Shown: in pieces, positions 38,399 to 48,198 of the stretch
Layout: every line of letters begins with the position of its first letter
How positions within the stretch are numbered: position 1 is the stretch's first letter
Origin: an uncultured virus (IMG/VR IMGVR_UViG_3300032038_000054)
Lineage: Duplodnaviria; Heunggongvirae; Uroviricota; Caudoviricetes
Virus record (IMG/VR): IMGVR_UViG_3300032038_000054
Direction: 5' to 3' (one strand)
Length of the DNA: 64,000 nt
Position numbers and translations under genes: made by a program
The notes under the pieces: generated by a model
Databases searched by the model: none
What the model saw: the letters and a program-made list of their open reading frames with translations, nothing else
Told to the model about the DNA's origin: nothing

Positions 38399-38506
38399 TT
38401 TTGTAAATTTTGCCCATTTAAGACGTTTTTATGTCTTAATGATAATTTCCTTGTAGTTAATATAAAAACTCAAGGAAGGTAGGAAATTTTTATATTTGAG
38501 GGCATA

Positions 38507-38761
38507 TTATTTATTCAGCACATACCTTGCAAATTTACAACAGTGTCCATACTTATCAACCTTCTCAATATCAAACGTTGTAATATCATATCCTTTTTTT
38601 CTTAACTGGAATATTATAGCCGAAAGTCTTGTAGCCCCAAACATGTTAATCGCTTCCATACTTGTAATGCTTCCGTTTGATTTTAAATACTTAAGAACCT
38701 CACTGGTTTTATTTCTTTTAACTGGCGTTACAGCTTCATGTCTTTTTATAAATGCTTTCAT
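38507..38761 (-). CDS. Winged-HTH phage protein
   Basis: VLKYLKSNGSITSMEAINMFGATRLSAIIFQLRKKGYDI. Confidence 0.75.
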   Translation of the reverse strand: MKAFIKRHEAVTPVKRNKTSEVLKYLKSNGSITSMEAINMFGATRLSAIIFQLRKKGYDITTFDIEKVDKYGHCCKFARYVLNK

Positions 38762-39150
38762 TTTGTTACCTCCTTCTTGGCACGCTTCGCATCCCTTAAC
38801 TCTTTCCTTCTTGCATTTATCTCGTCTTTATGCAAGTTGTAATAATCTAACGCTTTCTTTCTACGCTCGATTATATTACTATTATACCTCATTTGATTCT
38901 TTTTATTTATATTTTCTTTGTTTTTCTCATAATACTTGGCGTGCCTTGCTTTATCTTTTTCTTTGTTTTCTTGGCGATACCTCGCAGACTTTTCTTTTAT
39001 CTCCTCTTTGTTTTCTTGATAATATTTAGCGTGTCTTATTTTATCCTTTTTCTTCAAAAACTCTTTGCCCGCGTCATTAATATCATCCAAAGCATATTTA
39101 CAGTTTTTTAATTTGCAATTTAAACAATCATATCCACAATTTAATCTCAC
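38758..39150 (-). CDS. Basic protein with N-terminal Cys cluster and YYQENKE repeats
   Basis: ORF track. Confidence 0.7.
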   Translation of the reverse strand: MRLNCGYDCLNCKLKNCKYALDDINDAGKEFLKKKDKIRHAKYYQENKEEIKEKSARYRQENKEKDKARHAKYYEKNKENINKKNQMRYNSNIIERRKKALDYYNLHKDEINARRKELRDAKRAKKEVTK

Positions 39151-39386
39151 CCTTGTTTTTCAATCCTTCCGATTTCATCAAGTGCATCAATTATAATTCT
39201 TGCTATGCTTTGAGATATTTCACTGTTATTATATTTCTGCGGAAAAGCATTAATCTTAGTCATATACGTTTCATAAAAAGCATCGTCTTTTACTTCCGTA
39301 TCTCTCATCTCTTTTATTAACTTCCATGCCTCAGTGTACGGTTCGTACACCGAGGCTTTAAATTTATCCATCTGCTGTTCTGTCAT
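39147..39386 (-). CDS. Hypothetical protein (79 aa)
   Basis: ORF track. Confidence 0.65.
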   Translation of the reverse strand: MTEQQMDKFKASVYEPYTEAWKLIKEMRDTEVKDDAFYETYMTKINAFPQKYNNSEISQSIARIIIDALDEIGRIEKQG

Positions 39387-39389
39387 ATA

Positions 39390-41465
39390 TTACCCCCATG
39401 GAAGGTCATCGTCTTCCTCTGCATCTCTAAATCCCAAATCCTTTTCAAGTTTCATTTCTTCTTGCTGTGGCGCTTTTGCATTTGCCATATCAATCCATCC
39501 GTAATTATGAACTTCATCCACGTCATTTTTTAATCTTTTCGTTTCCTTTTCGTAGAACAGTTCGTTGTACGAATCATCTACTGAGCCAAATCTTGCCTTT
39601 GCGCAGTGCCATATATTAGTTCCGCCAGTTCCCGTCCAGTTCACACCAAAAAATTGATTATAGGAATTATCAAAGGTCTGATTCCTTCGATAGACAAAGA
39701 TTATATTGTCCATCGCATTAACAATATCTGACGTTCCGCTTATGTCATACATTCCCAAAAGCCCCATAGGTTTCTTGGGATGGCAAACAATAATAATGTG
39801 TATGTTTTTGCGCTGTGCAAATTCATGTAACTGCCAAGCAAATCTTGACTGCGCCTCATACTTTTCTTTCGACAATCTTGATATATCAAGCGCCATCAGA
39901 TTGTCTATGCAAAGCATGTCAAGCTTATGTCTGTCAACCATTTTATCGAACTGCTCAATAATAGCCTCGAAATCAAATCCGTATTGGTTATTGTATAACC
40001 AAAATTTTCCTTCAAGCCAATCAGCTATCTTCTCTTGGTACTTATAAGGCACATCGTAATAACCTTCCCACATAGTCGGTTCAACATAACTTCTTCCTGC
40101 ACCTTGCTGATACATCCATCTCATGTAATCATCTTCTGCAAGCTCTCCACTAAATACCGCCACATTATTTCCTGCATCAATAGCATTAAGTATTATCTGT
40201 GAGAGAATTGTAGATTTTGCACTTCCTGCTTGTCCGCTTAAAGCCGTAACGTCTTTCTTTCTAAGACCTCTATACTTTTTATCAAATTCATATATGCCAG
40301 TCTTGATAATCTGTTCCGTCTGTTTAGGTCTAGCTAATATCTGCTTTGCGGTAAAGAAGATAGGCTCTCCTTCCTTTTGCTCGATATGTACTGGTTCTGG
40401 CTTAGCATCTCTGTTATATGAGTTGAATATCTGCCTTTCTTCCTGCTGACGCTTACGCTCATAAGCGTCTGGCTCAAACAACATTCTTACATCTTTCCAC
40501 GTCTTATCAGCACATGAATTATGCAAACACTTGAAGGCAATTGCACCATTGCTACGCTTAAAGATTGCCGCATCCTTACCCGTATGGTTATGGTCGAACG
40601 GACAATGCGTTAAGCAATACTTCGTTCCACTCCCATAAGAATAGGCGGCATAGCTAATTCCATATTTCTGCATCCACGCTTCAATGTCAAAGCTCTCAGA
40701 TGAATAATTATTGTATCGGCTAGGGTTTATCTGTTCCGCCTTCACAAGCCCGCATATCCTTTTGATATACATTGAATCAACAGGTGTTACAACTTCTGGC
40801 ATCTTGATAATCTTACTCATACGATGAGGTCTTTCCTCGGTGTTTAATCCCTTTTGAGCAAGAGTACCATAAAGCTTACAAACTCTTGAAGCATTGAAGT
40901 TTACTTGGTCTATTTTCATCTCATCATCAGAGAACAACTCATCTAATGCTACCAAGAAGTTTTTTAGCAGGTCTGCGTTTTCTTTGTTGTTCTGCATCTT
41001 TAGCTTGTACAACAAATGATATCCATTGCCAGAGAATCCTATTATCGGTCTTGGGAATCCCTGTTCTAACAAAAAGTTATGAACTTTCCCGCACTTTGCA
41101 AGAGCTTTATCTATCTGTTCCTGCGTTGATGAAGTGTCTTTAGGTCTCACAGGGTCTATATCAATCAATATCCATTCTCTCGCCTCAATGTCATTGTCTG
41201 ATGTTGAAGCAATCTTTCCCGAAATAAGCTTATCTCTCTGCGCTCTGCTATAACAAGCCTCGTCAATCGCATTAAGAACAATATAAACATTTGAATCCTG
41301 TAAATCCTGCTTCTTTAAACACTCAACAGCCTTGTCTGCACTTTTGAAATAACCGCTGTAAGGGAATTTTGAACGCTGAGATATTATACGAATTTCAAAT
41401 ACTCTGTCATCCCCTTTGATAGCATTAATTGCTTTTCTTACTTCAACTTCGTTGATAAACGTCAT
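39390..41465 (-). CDS. Primase-helicase fusion (AEP-like N-terminus, Zn finger, DnaB/SF4 helicase)
   Basis: LIDID, SGNGYH, CPFDHNH...CLHNSC; SGQAGSAKS, CIDNLM, IVCHPKK, DISGTSDI, KARFG. Confidence 0.82.
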   Translation of the reverse strand: MTFINEVEVRKAINAIKGDDRVFEIRIISQRSKFPYSGYFKSADKAVECLKKQDLQDSNVYIVLNAIDEACYSRAQRDKLISGKIASTSDNDIEAREWILIDIDPVRPKDTSSTQEQIDKALAKCGKVHNFLLEQGFPRPIIGFSGNGYHLLYKLKMQNNKENADLLKNFLVALDELFSDDEMKIDQVNFNASRVCKLYGTLAQKGLNTEERPHRMSKIIKMPEVVTPVDSMYIKRICGLVKAEQINPSRYNNYSSESFDIEAWMQKYGISYAAYSYGSGTKYCLTHCPFDHNHTGKDAAIFKRSNGAIAFKCLHNSCADKTWKDVRMLFEPDAYERKRQQEERQIFNSYNRDAKPEPVHIEQKEGEPIFFTAKQILARPKQTEQIIKTGIYEFDKKYRGLRKKDVTALSGQAGSAKSTILSQIILNAIDAGNNVAVFSGELAEDDYMRWMYQQGAGRSYVEPTMWEGYYDVPYKYQEKIADWLEGKFWLYNNQYGFDFEAIIEQFDKMVDRHKLDMLCIDNLMALDISRLSKEKYEAQSRFAWQLHEFAQRKNIHIIIVCHPKKPMGLLGMYDISGTSDIVNAMDNIIFVYRRNQTFDNSYNQFFGVNWTGTGGTNIWHCAKARFGSVDDSYNELFYEKETKRLKNDVDEVHNYGWIDMANAKAPQQEEMKLEKDLGFRDAEEDDDLPWG

Positions 41466-41480
41466 ATGTATTCCTCTCCC

Positions 41481-42278
41481 TTACTGATAATCAGCGTACC
41501 GATTATTCTGTACTTCTTTTGTCTTTTCTTTCCGTTCTCTCATTGATACAAAGTCTGGTCTGAGAGCATATATGTCTTGCCAAGTCTTAAACACTGACTG
41601 GTCTAATATATCAGCCTGTGTATATTCATCCTGTGACAATCCTTCAAGTTTCTTTTTGAGCTGTTGTATCGCTCTTTCAGTCATCGGCTTTTTAATTGCA
41701 TTTCTCATAGCAAGAAAATCATTGAAAGCTGACTGCACAATCTCTGAATCTGAAAAATCATATTCCTTCAAAAAAACTTTTTCTTTTTTTACTTTTTCTT
41801 TTTTATTTATATTTATATCTTTATCTATATCTATATCTATATCTGTCTCGTTACCTTGCGTAACAGTATCGTTACATGTAACGTTACACTCTAATTTCTT
41901 TTTCTCTCTATACTTCGCAACCCTAAGTCTGGTCTGCTCTCGTATCTTTTCCATGCCTTCAATATTTTGATATTTTTCCCAGTTTGAAACATGAATTATG
42001 TCATCAAAAATATCAATCATTCCAAACTCAACAAATGTTCTAAGCGCAAGTTGTACGGTAGGAAGCGGTCTATTAAACATTGTCGCCAACATCTGTTCCG
42101 TAAACGGTATATCTTTAGTAAAATAGACATTCCCACAATCATTTACATTTCCCGCAAGCATCAATATTTTGAACCAAATGACAATTATCGAATCTCCTTC
42201 TGGCATTGATTCAATAATTCTAATTTTCTTATTATCAAATACATCTGTAGCAATTTTTATCCATTTTACGTCAGCCAT
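41481..42278 (-). CDS. Phage replisome organiser / replication initiator
   Basis: VKWIKIATDVFDNKKIRIIESMPEGD N-terminus, NWEKYQ, DIDIDID linker, internal iterons. Confidence 0.88.
   Translation of the reverse strand: MADVKWIKIATDVFDNKKIRIIESMPEGDSIIVIWFKILMLAGNVNDCGNVYFTKDIPFTEQMLATMFNRPLPTVQLALRTFVEFGMIDIFDDIIHVSNWEKYQNIEGMEKIREQTRLRVAKYREKKKLECNVTCNDTVTQGNETDIDIDIDKDININKKEKVKKEKVFLKEYDFSDSEIVQSAFNDFLAMRNAIKKPMTERAIQQLKKKLEGLSQDEYTQADILDQSVFKTWQDIYALRPDFVSMRERKEKTKEVQNNRYADYQ
41849..41888. repeat. GTTAC/GTAAC iterons inside the initiator gene (putative origin)
   Basis: CGTTAC..GTAAC..CGTTACATGTAACGTTACA next to an AT-rich tract. Confidence 0.65.
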
Positions 42279-42288
42279 TTTTACCCCC

Positions 42289-42338
42289 TGTAACGTTACA
42301 TTTTACTTGTAACGTTACACTCATTTTGTAACGTTACA
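42289..42338. repeat. Three TGTAACGTTACA palindromes with a 19-bp period
   Basis: Copies at 42289, 42308 and 42327. Confidence 0.9.
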
Positions 42339-42688
42339 TCTTTTTGTTCGTTCAAATACAGTTCATATTCCTTGTAAAGTTTCATAAAATCATCAAAGCG
42401 CATACATACAAGAGTTTCGCAATGATTTTTTCTAAAAAAAACAGCAGGAATGTTACCCTTGCCTTCTTCGGAACTATCATTTATTGCTTGCGCCATCCAG
42501 TCGTATATCATAATCTTTTCTTGATGCTTGGCTTCGATATGTATTCCATCAAGCCCCACTACATCGGAAGCGTCGCCAGTGTTTCCACAATACTGCGCTG
42601 TGCGTCTTGCATCATAGCCATATTCTTTAAGTTTTGATGCAATCTCGCGTTCGTAACGCTTCCCTTTTTCTCTGCTCATTTTTCCCAT
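42296..42688 (-). CDS. Holliday junction resolvase-like PD-(D/E)xK nuclease
   Basis: KGKRYEREIA...SDVV...HIEAK. Confidence 0.78.
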   Translation of the reverse strand: MGKMSREKGKRYEREIASKLKEYGYDARRTAQYCGNTGDASDVVGLDGIHIEAKHQEKIMIYDWMAQAINDSSEEGKGNIPAVFFRKNHCETLVCMRFDDFMKLYKEYELYLNEQKDVTLQNECNVTSKM

Positions 42689-42750
42689 TCATACCTCTTT
42701 TCTGCCACGGATTTTTATAACCGCCGTGGCTCGGTTCGGGTAACTCTATA

Positions 42751-43176
42751 TTATACGAATGGAAGTTCTTCGTCAATACCTTCTGGAATATTCATAAAGC
42801 CATCGTTATCAGTAGCATTATTAGTGGTATCTCTAGGTGCGGCAGGTTCATTGCTCTGCTGAGACTGTCTTTCAACAAATTCAGAAGAATCTACAATAAC
42901 ATCAGTTGTATATACTTTCTGTCCGTCTCTGTTGGTATATGAGCCTGTCTGAATATGTCCAGTTATGCCAATCTTCATGCCTTTTCTGAAATACTTTTCA
43001 ATAAACTCTGCGTTTTTATCGAAAGCGACACAACTAATAAAATCAGCGTCATATCTTCCTTCTGCGTTCTTAAATTTTCTATTGACCGCCAATGTCATTC
43101 TTGTTACCGTCTTTCCGTTCGCGTTTCTTACGTCTGGGTCTGCTGTGAAATTTCCAATAAGATTTACTACGTTCAT
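42751..43176 (-). CDS. ssb: Single-stranded DNA-binding protein
   Basis: OB-fold motifs; acidic DEELPF tail. Confidence 0.93.
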   Translation of the reverse strand: MNVVNLIGNFTADPDVRNANGKTVTRMTLAVNRKFKNAEGRYDADFISCVAFDKNAEFIEKYFRKGMKIGITGHIQTGSYTNRDGQKVYTTDVIVDSSEFVERQSQQSNEPAAPRDTTNNATDNDGFMNIPEGIDEELPFV

Positions 43177-43178
43177 TA

Positions 43179-43580
43179 TTATTCTCCTTTTCCAAAAAAT
43201 AGTTCAGTTACATCTACTGCTCTTAGTTTAGCTCTATATATTTTATTATTTCTATCAATTTTATACCAATCATCGCACTTAAACTCTCGACATATAAGTG
43301 GTCTGACTTCGTAAATAGTACACTTATGAGTAGCTTTTGTGTCATCTAAAAAAGGGCATGTGGCATCAAACAAAGCCTCTCTGTGAACAAATATAGCGTG
43401 TTTCTGTTGCTTTATATTGTGCTTCTTGATGTAATTGCGGATAGTATTGATTTCCTTATTATTCAAGGCTAAATAGCGAGAACAACAGTTGCCACACTCA
43501 CTACATTTTCCATTATGAGTAAAGTCATGTGTGCCATTTTGATAATCATTTGCCATTTCTTCAACACTTCCAATTTTCAT
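43179..43580 (-). CDS. YkgJ-family cysteine-cluster protein
   Basis: CSECGNCC...CPFL...CTIYEVRPLICR. Confidence 0.85.
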   Translation of the reverse strand: MKIGSVEEMANDYQNGTHDFTHNGKCSECGNCCSRYLALNNKEINTIRNYIKKHNIKQQKHAIFVHREALFDATCPFLDDTKATHKCTIYEVRPLICREFKCDDWYKIDRNNKIYRAKLRAVDVTELFFGKGE

Positions 43581-43876
43581 TCTAGTCCTCCAAAAACCCT
43601 GTTGAAAATTTTATTATCATCACTGGTATCTTCTTCCTCAAAAAGCCCACTTAAGCTCTTAGCAAGTTGCTTTATACGCTCAATTTTTTCTGTGTATTGC
43701 TTGGTGAGTTCCATGAGCCTTTCATTGGACAATGATGCAATCTCTAAAATGTCACGTATGTCATCTTTTTCAAACACTTCGTTGTCCATCAGTCCTTTAA
43801 AAAGTGATACGAGTTCCGCTTTGATTATTTCAACATCGCCAGTTATTTCAACTTTGCCATTTTCACTTTTAATCAT
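43577..43876 (-). CDS. Hypothetical protein (99 aa)
   Basis: ORF track; AAGGAG RBS. Confidence 0.65.
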   Translation of the reverse strand: MIKSENGKVEITGDVEIIKAELVSLFKGLMDNEVFEKDDIRDILEIASLSNERLMELTKQYTEKIERIKQLAKSLSGLFEEEDTSDDNKIFNRVFGGLE

Positions 43877-43887
43877 TTCCCACTCCT

Positions 43888-44193
43888 TTAGAGATAGTTT
43901 TTACCATAGCGTTTAATCCAATCTTCAATTTTTTTGTTGTAATGCTCAAGCCAAGTTTTTTCTGCAAGCTGTTGTAACTCTTCCTTGTAATCGCCATGTT
44001 GATGAAGTCTCATGTGATGAGAGTGGCATAATTGGCAATGTAAGCCATCTTTTTCAGCGAGAACTCTTTTGGAAGTTCCGAACACCATATGGTGTTTGTC
44101 AGTTCCCTTTATGCCGTCTATGCCTTGCATCTTGCAAATATAGCAATATTCGTCATTATCTGGGATTATGCTTTTGCTCATGCTGTAATTCAA
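43888..44193 (-). CDS. HNH-like Zn-binding recombination-associated nuclease
   Basis: CYIC...HHMVFG...LCHSHH...H. Confidence 0.65.
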   Translation of the reverse strand: MNYSMSKSIIPDNDEYCYICKMQGIDGIKGTDKHHMVFGTSKRVLAEKDGLHCQLCHSHHMRLHQHGDYKEELQQLAEKTWLEHYNKKIEDWIKRYGKNYL

Positions 44194-44683
44194 CCTCCCT
44201 CATTCTTTGCAACTCATTCGGTGTCAACACTTCGATATCAAGCGCTTTAGCATCTTGTACTGCAAAATCTACAAGAGCTTGCATTTCTGATACCGAAAAC
44301 GAACTGCTACCCCTTAATAAAACATAATATCTGTATCTCACTCCGTCATTACCTTCAACAGTTGCACTTCTTGGAGCAATATGGTACGTAAGAGCATTTA
44401 AAGCCTCATTTTCGGCTTCTACTGTATCGGGTATTAAAGTATATACAGGTTTGTCTTCAACACGCTGTACGAGACCGAGAGAGCGTAAATTAAGGTTATG
44501 TAGTTTGGCTTTTGGTTCATGTGTTTTCACGGCAATCTTTTCAAGTAATTGCCAATAATAAGCATTACTTGAAAGACTGCGTTTCTTTTTATGGATAGTT
44601 AAATCCCACATGGCATCTTGGTCTATATTATTACTGGTTAAAAAAGCTATTATATCTTTTGCTCGACCTACAAATGAAGCCAT
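44156..44683 (-). CDS. NinB-like recombination protein
   Basis: KKRSLSSNAYYW...GSSSFSVSEMQALVD. Confidence 0.65.
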   Translation of the reverse strand: MASFVGRAKDIIAFLTSNNIDQDAMWDLTIHKKKRSLSSNAYYWQLLEKIAVKTHEPKAKLHNLNLRSLGLVQRVEDKPVYTLIPDTVEAENEALNALTYHIAPRSATVEGNDGVRYRYYVLLRGSSSFSVSEMQALVDFAVQDAKALDIEVLTPNELQRMREVELQHEQKHNPR

Positions 44684-44694
44684 ATTCTACTCCT

Positions 44695-45360
44695 CTACTT
44701 TTTTGCATCTGGTGTGTTTGAAAATTTATTAAGGATAACAATAGCCTCGGTATCTGTCAGAGATTCAAGACTCTTAGCCTTAAACATCGACAATATAGTA
44801 ACTTCGTTGATGCCTGTTCTATTCATCTCACTCTTGATTCTTTCTAACTGTTCGGGTGTTGCGTTTCCGCCAGACGGAAGAAGTGTTTTATCAACGCTTG
44901 ATTTCAGCTTCTCATTCAACTTAGCATCAGAAGCGCTTTCCTTTGAACTCTTCTTGTTCTGCTGATTCTGATATTCGTCAGTATCAGCATCTTTAGTATC
45001 ATCAATCAAGAACATTCCGTTGAGTGCGTACTTTCTTGCGTAAGAGGATGTTGCACCAGTTATCTGACTCCAATCCATTCCCTTTTTATCAAGTTCTTCT
45101 CTAGCATAGGCAGTGTTTTCAACAGTTTCGCCAGTTTCAATATCAACGAGCCTAACAACCGCTTTGACATAATACCTATCACCAATAAGCTCAAGTGAAT
45201 CAGAGATAAACAATGTTGCCTTGTATTTCTTGAGTACAGGCTTTAATCCTTCAAGAATATCCTCGCACGAACGATAATTGTACTTTCCGAAAGAATTGTA
45301 AGCATTCTTTGGTGCTTTTAATTCTTCTTGAATTGATGATAATTTCTCATAAATCCCCAT
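44695..45360 (-). CDS. ERF-family single-strand annealing protein
   Basis: YNYRSCEDIL, SQITGATSSYARKYALNGMFLIDD. Confidence 0.9.
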   Translation of the reverse strand: MGIYEKLSSIQEELKAPKNAYNSFGKYNYRSCEDILEGLKPVLKKYKATLFISDSLELIGDRYYVKAVVRLVDIETGETVENTAYAREELDKKGMDWSQITGATSSYARKYALNGMFLIDDTKDADTDEYQNQQNKKSSKESASDAKLNEKLKSSVDKTLLPSGGNATPEQLERIKSEMNRTGINEVTILSMFKAKSLESLTDTEAIVILNKFSNTPDAKK

Positions 45361-45361
45361 A

Positions 45362-46141
45362 TTATTCTCCTTTAATTAATTTGTATTTGACTTCCATAAA
45401 GTCTAATGTTTGTAAGACTTTATCTAAATCCTTTAGGCTTATAATTATGCTTGCTGTACTAGGCTTTGTCGGTGGCTTTTCTTCATGTTTTGCCGCACAC
45501 TGCTCATCTTTTTGCGAGGCGCTGATAACTTCTTTGTCTTTTAGATACTGTTGATTTCTGTTGATAACTGCCTTTAAATCTCTAGTCTTCTTATAGATTT
45601 TGATAAGCTCATCGTTTATCTCACTATTAAGTGATTCAATGATTTTTAAATCATTTCTTACGGCTACAACCTTTTCTCCAATATCAAAAGCAATATCTTT
45701 TTCAGAGTAAGAAACGTTTGTCCATTTGGGATTAAAAATTAAATCAAATGGCAAAAATTCCTCAAGTCCTTGAATATTGTTATCGTAAATCTCTTTTGCT
45801 ACCTGTGCTTTTGCTTGAGCCTTTTCTTCCGCAAACATCTTGATTTGAGTGTCGATTTCTTTGATAGGTTTATCTATTTCTTCGAGAAGAGTTTTTACTT
45901 GTCCTTCAAACTCGTTGTAAGGAGTCATAAAATCTTCTTTTAATTCCTTTCGCCTATCATCTACTGCCTTGTGAATCTTTCTTAGTGTTGCGAGTTCTTT
46001 CTTAAACTCTGGGATAGAGTCTTCTGTCACTGTCAAACCAGAATATGCACTCATTTGAATTGCAAGAGCTTTTTTAATTTCACTGAAATCGCATTCAATT
46101 TTTCCTGCTGTTTGCGTGACGTTTAAATCAAATCCTACCAT
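45362..46141 (-). CDS. DUF1351-like coiled-coil protein
   Basis: KKELATLRK...RKELKEDFMTPYNEFE...NPKWTN; usual position next to the SSAP. Confidence 0.75.
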   Translation of the reverse strand: MVGFDLNVTQTAGKIECDFSEIKKALAIQMSAYSGLTVTEDSIPEFKKELATLRKIHKAVDDRRKELKEDFMTPYNEFEGQVKTLLEEIDKPIKEIDTQIKMFAEEKAQAKAQVAKEIYDNNIQGLEEFLPFDLIFNPKWTNVSYSEKDIAFDIGEKVVAVRNDLKIIESLNSEINDELIKIYKKTRDLKAVINRNQQYLKDKEVISASQKDEQCAAKHEEKPPTKPSTASIIISLKDLDKVLQTLDFMEVKYKLIKGE

Positions 46142-46155
46142 AACGCTCCTTTCTT

Positions 46156-46725
46156 TTACTTATAAAATCTTTGTCCGTATTCTTCAAACAGAAAAGATTT
46201 ATTTTTTCTATGCCAACTCTTTGAACTATTAGAAGATGATTCAAAGAATAAAGCGCCTTGTGATATGTCTTTACCGCCTTCCAATTCGGCTAATGCCATA
46301 TGAGTTTCACTTGTGGGATTAGCTTTTTTAAAAACCCCATTTCCCATTACAGCAAATTGATACTGTCCATTGTGTTTTTGATAAATAACTTCTCTAACAG
46401 TGTTCGGGAAATTCTCGTTTTCTACGCGATTCATAATTACATTCATTACAACAAGCTGTCCTTCTACGCCTTGATTTCCCGCTTCACTCCAAGCAAGTTT
46501 CATAATCATTTCCGCTTCTTCTTGAGTGAGTTCAACAATACTTTCGTCTATACTATACTCTTCATTGCTAGAAGTTGTATAAATTGGAATTTCATCATGT
46601 TCATCTGTATTTTCATCTATTATATATGTTTCGATAGGTTCTATAACAACTTCTGTTTTTCGGGTTGATAATGTCATTAAAACAGTGATTAATATTGATA
46701 ACATAATTGAAATAATCCGTTTCAT
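46156..46725 (-). CDS. Cell wall hydrolase (Hydrolase_2, SleB/CwlJ-like) with an N-terminal anchor
   Basis: SEAGNQGVEGQLVVMNVIMNRV...FPNTVREVIYQ...QF...GALFF. Confidence 0.85.
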   Translation of the reverse strand: MKRIISIMLSILITVLMTLSTRKTEVVIEPIETYIIDENTDEHDEIPIYTTSSNEEYSIDESIVELTQEEAEMIMKLAWSEAGNQGVEGQLVVMNVIMNRVENENFPNTVREVIYQKHNGQYQFAVMGNGVFKKANPTSETHMALAELEGGKDISQGALFFESSSNSSKSWHRKNKSFLFEEYGQRFYK

Positions 46726-46740
46726 GCCTCCCTCTCCTGT

Positions 46741-46953
46741 TCACAATTTTGTGTTCGCCAAGAAAATTTTTCTTTTTAACGTATCAGATAAATTTAAAAT
46801 CTTAGCAAGATTTTCAAACTCGGATATTTTAACCTCGCTACCTCTAATAATAGCATAAAGACGCTCCCGTGAAATTCCTGCTTTTTTAGCAATGTGGACT
46901 TTTGTTATTCCACTGTCTTTTATAACTTCTAGCAGTAATTTACCATCCGTCAT
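46741..46953 (-). CDS. Cro-like HTH regulator
   Basis: ITKVHIAKKAGISRERLY...SEVKISE; first native gene after the 48281 promoter. Confidence 0.7.
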   Translation of the reverse strand: MTDGKLLLEVIKDSGITKVHIAKKAGISRERLYAIIRGSEVKISEFENLAKILNLSDTLKRKIFLANTKL

Positions 46954-46975
46954 CCTGTTACTCCTTTCTCATGTG

Positions 46976-47130
46976 TTGACACTCCCCATGCCTAAAGACA
47001 GGGGATTCTTGCTTCACCCACTACTGCGCTGACCTAAAAGGTTCAACGTCTTACATTGTGTCCACAAGCGTATATTCGGGTATGTCCTACCCTATTTGTC
47101 ACTATCTTAGGCTAATGACAGCCCCTTGTT
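46976..47130 (-). ncRNA. TnpB omega-RNA scaffold of element 3
   Basis: Overlaps the last tnpB codons; its extent is independently marked by the copy at 33151..33306. Confidence 0.8.
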
Positions 47131-48198
47131 TAAAATATTAATCGCCGCATTGTAGTCACGGTCATGCTTTGTATGGCAGAATGGACATTCCCATTCTCTT
47201 ACAGACAGATTTCTCACAAGCGGATTAGCTTGACCGCAATTATTACAGGTTTGACTACTTGGATAGAATGTGGGTACTTTTATTATTGTGTTGCCATACC
47301 ACGTAGCCTTGTAGTCTAGCATTGTGAAAAACTTGCTCCATGAAACACTTGATATTGCTTTCGCTAATCTATGATTGCGCATCATTCCTTCAATGTTTAA
47401 ATCCTCACAGCAGATTGTTTGGTTTTCACTCACTAGCTTTGTGGATTCTTTTTGCAGGAAATCATTTCTTTGGTTAGTTACCTTTTCATAGATTCTTGCA
47501 ACCTTAATGCGCTGTTTGTTTCTGTTCCTTGAACTTTTTTGTTTCCTTGATAGTCTGCGCTGTTCACGCTTTAATTTCTTTTCAGACTTTTCAAGATACT
47601 TAGGGTTATCAACCTTGTTACCATTACTATCCGCATAAAACTCTTTAAGTCCTACATCTATGCCAATTTCTTTCCCATTGTTCTGCTTAAGTTCGGGTTC
47701 AAAATCTACATTCAGCACCGCAAAGTATTTACCCACAGGTGTTTTCTCAATGGTTACGTTATTGATATGACCTACTTCCATTGATTGTTTTACTTTTACA
47801 TATCCCAACTTTGGAAGTTTAAGATAATTGCCTACGATACGAATATTATTGCCACGATTCAAGGTTCTATATGATTGATGATTGTTGTGCTTACTCTTAA
47901 ACTGCGGAAACTTCGCTCTCTTCTTAAAGAAATTCTGATATGCTCTGTCTAAATCTCTTAATGATTGTTGAAGTGCAACGGAATCAACATCTTTTAGAAA
48001 AGCAAAATCATCAGACTTTTTTAACTTTGTCAGCATAGCAGATGTTTGGATATAGTTAGCTTTTTCACCATTCTTATAGGCTTTATCTCGCATATCTAAT
48101 CCTTTGTTATAGATTAGTCGGCAACAACCTAAAGTCTGCAATATTAAGTTTTCCTGTTCTTTATTAGGATATATTCTAAACTTTACACCTTTATTCAT
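47107..48198 (-). CDS. tnpB: RNA-guided endonuclease TnpB (copy 3)
   Basis: KFRIYPNKEQ HTH, IGIDVG, CEDLN, PSSQTCNNC...CPFC, HDRDYNAAINI. Confidence 0.95.
   Translation of the reverse strand: MNKGVKFRIYPNKEQENLILQTLGCCRLIYNKGLDMRDKAYKNGEKANYIQTSAMLTKLKKSDDFAFLKDVDSVALQQSLRDLDRAYQNFFKKRAKFPQFKSKHNNHQSYRTLNRGNNIRIVGNYLKLPKLGYVKVKQSMEVGHINNVTIEKTPVGKYFAVLNVDFEPELKQNNGKEIGIDVGLKEFYADSNGNKVDNPKYLEKSEKKLKREQRRLSRKQKSSRNRNKQRIKVARIYEKVTNQRNDFLQKESTKLVSENQTICCEDLNIEGMMRNHRLAKAISSVSWSKFFTMLDYKATWYGNTIIKVPTFYPSSQTCNNCGQANPLVRNLSVREWECPFCHTKHDRDYNAAINILNKGLSLA

Noticed and set aside
41805..41845. (ATATCT)n microsatellite as a phase-variation tract
   Set aside because: It encodes the DIDIDID linker common in phage initiators, and the unit length preserves the frame
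13454..48198. TnpB/IscB ORFs as Cas12f/Cas9 of a CRISPR system
   Set aside because: No repeat-spacer array or cas1/cas2 seen; each ORF has IS200/IS605-type ends
47107..48198. Nuclease-dead TnpB (TldR-like repressor)
   Set aside because: All three RuvC acidic residues are present (GID, CED, DRD); the other copies also look intact
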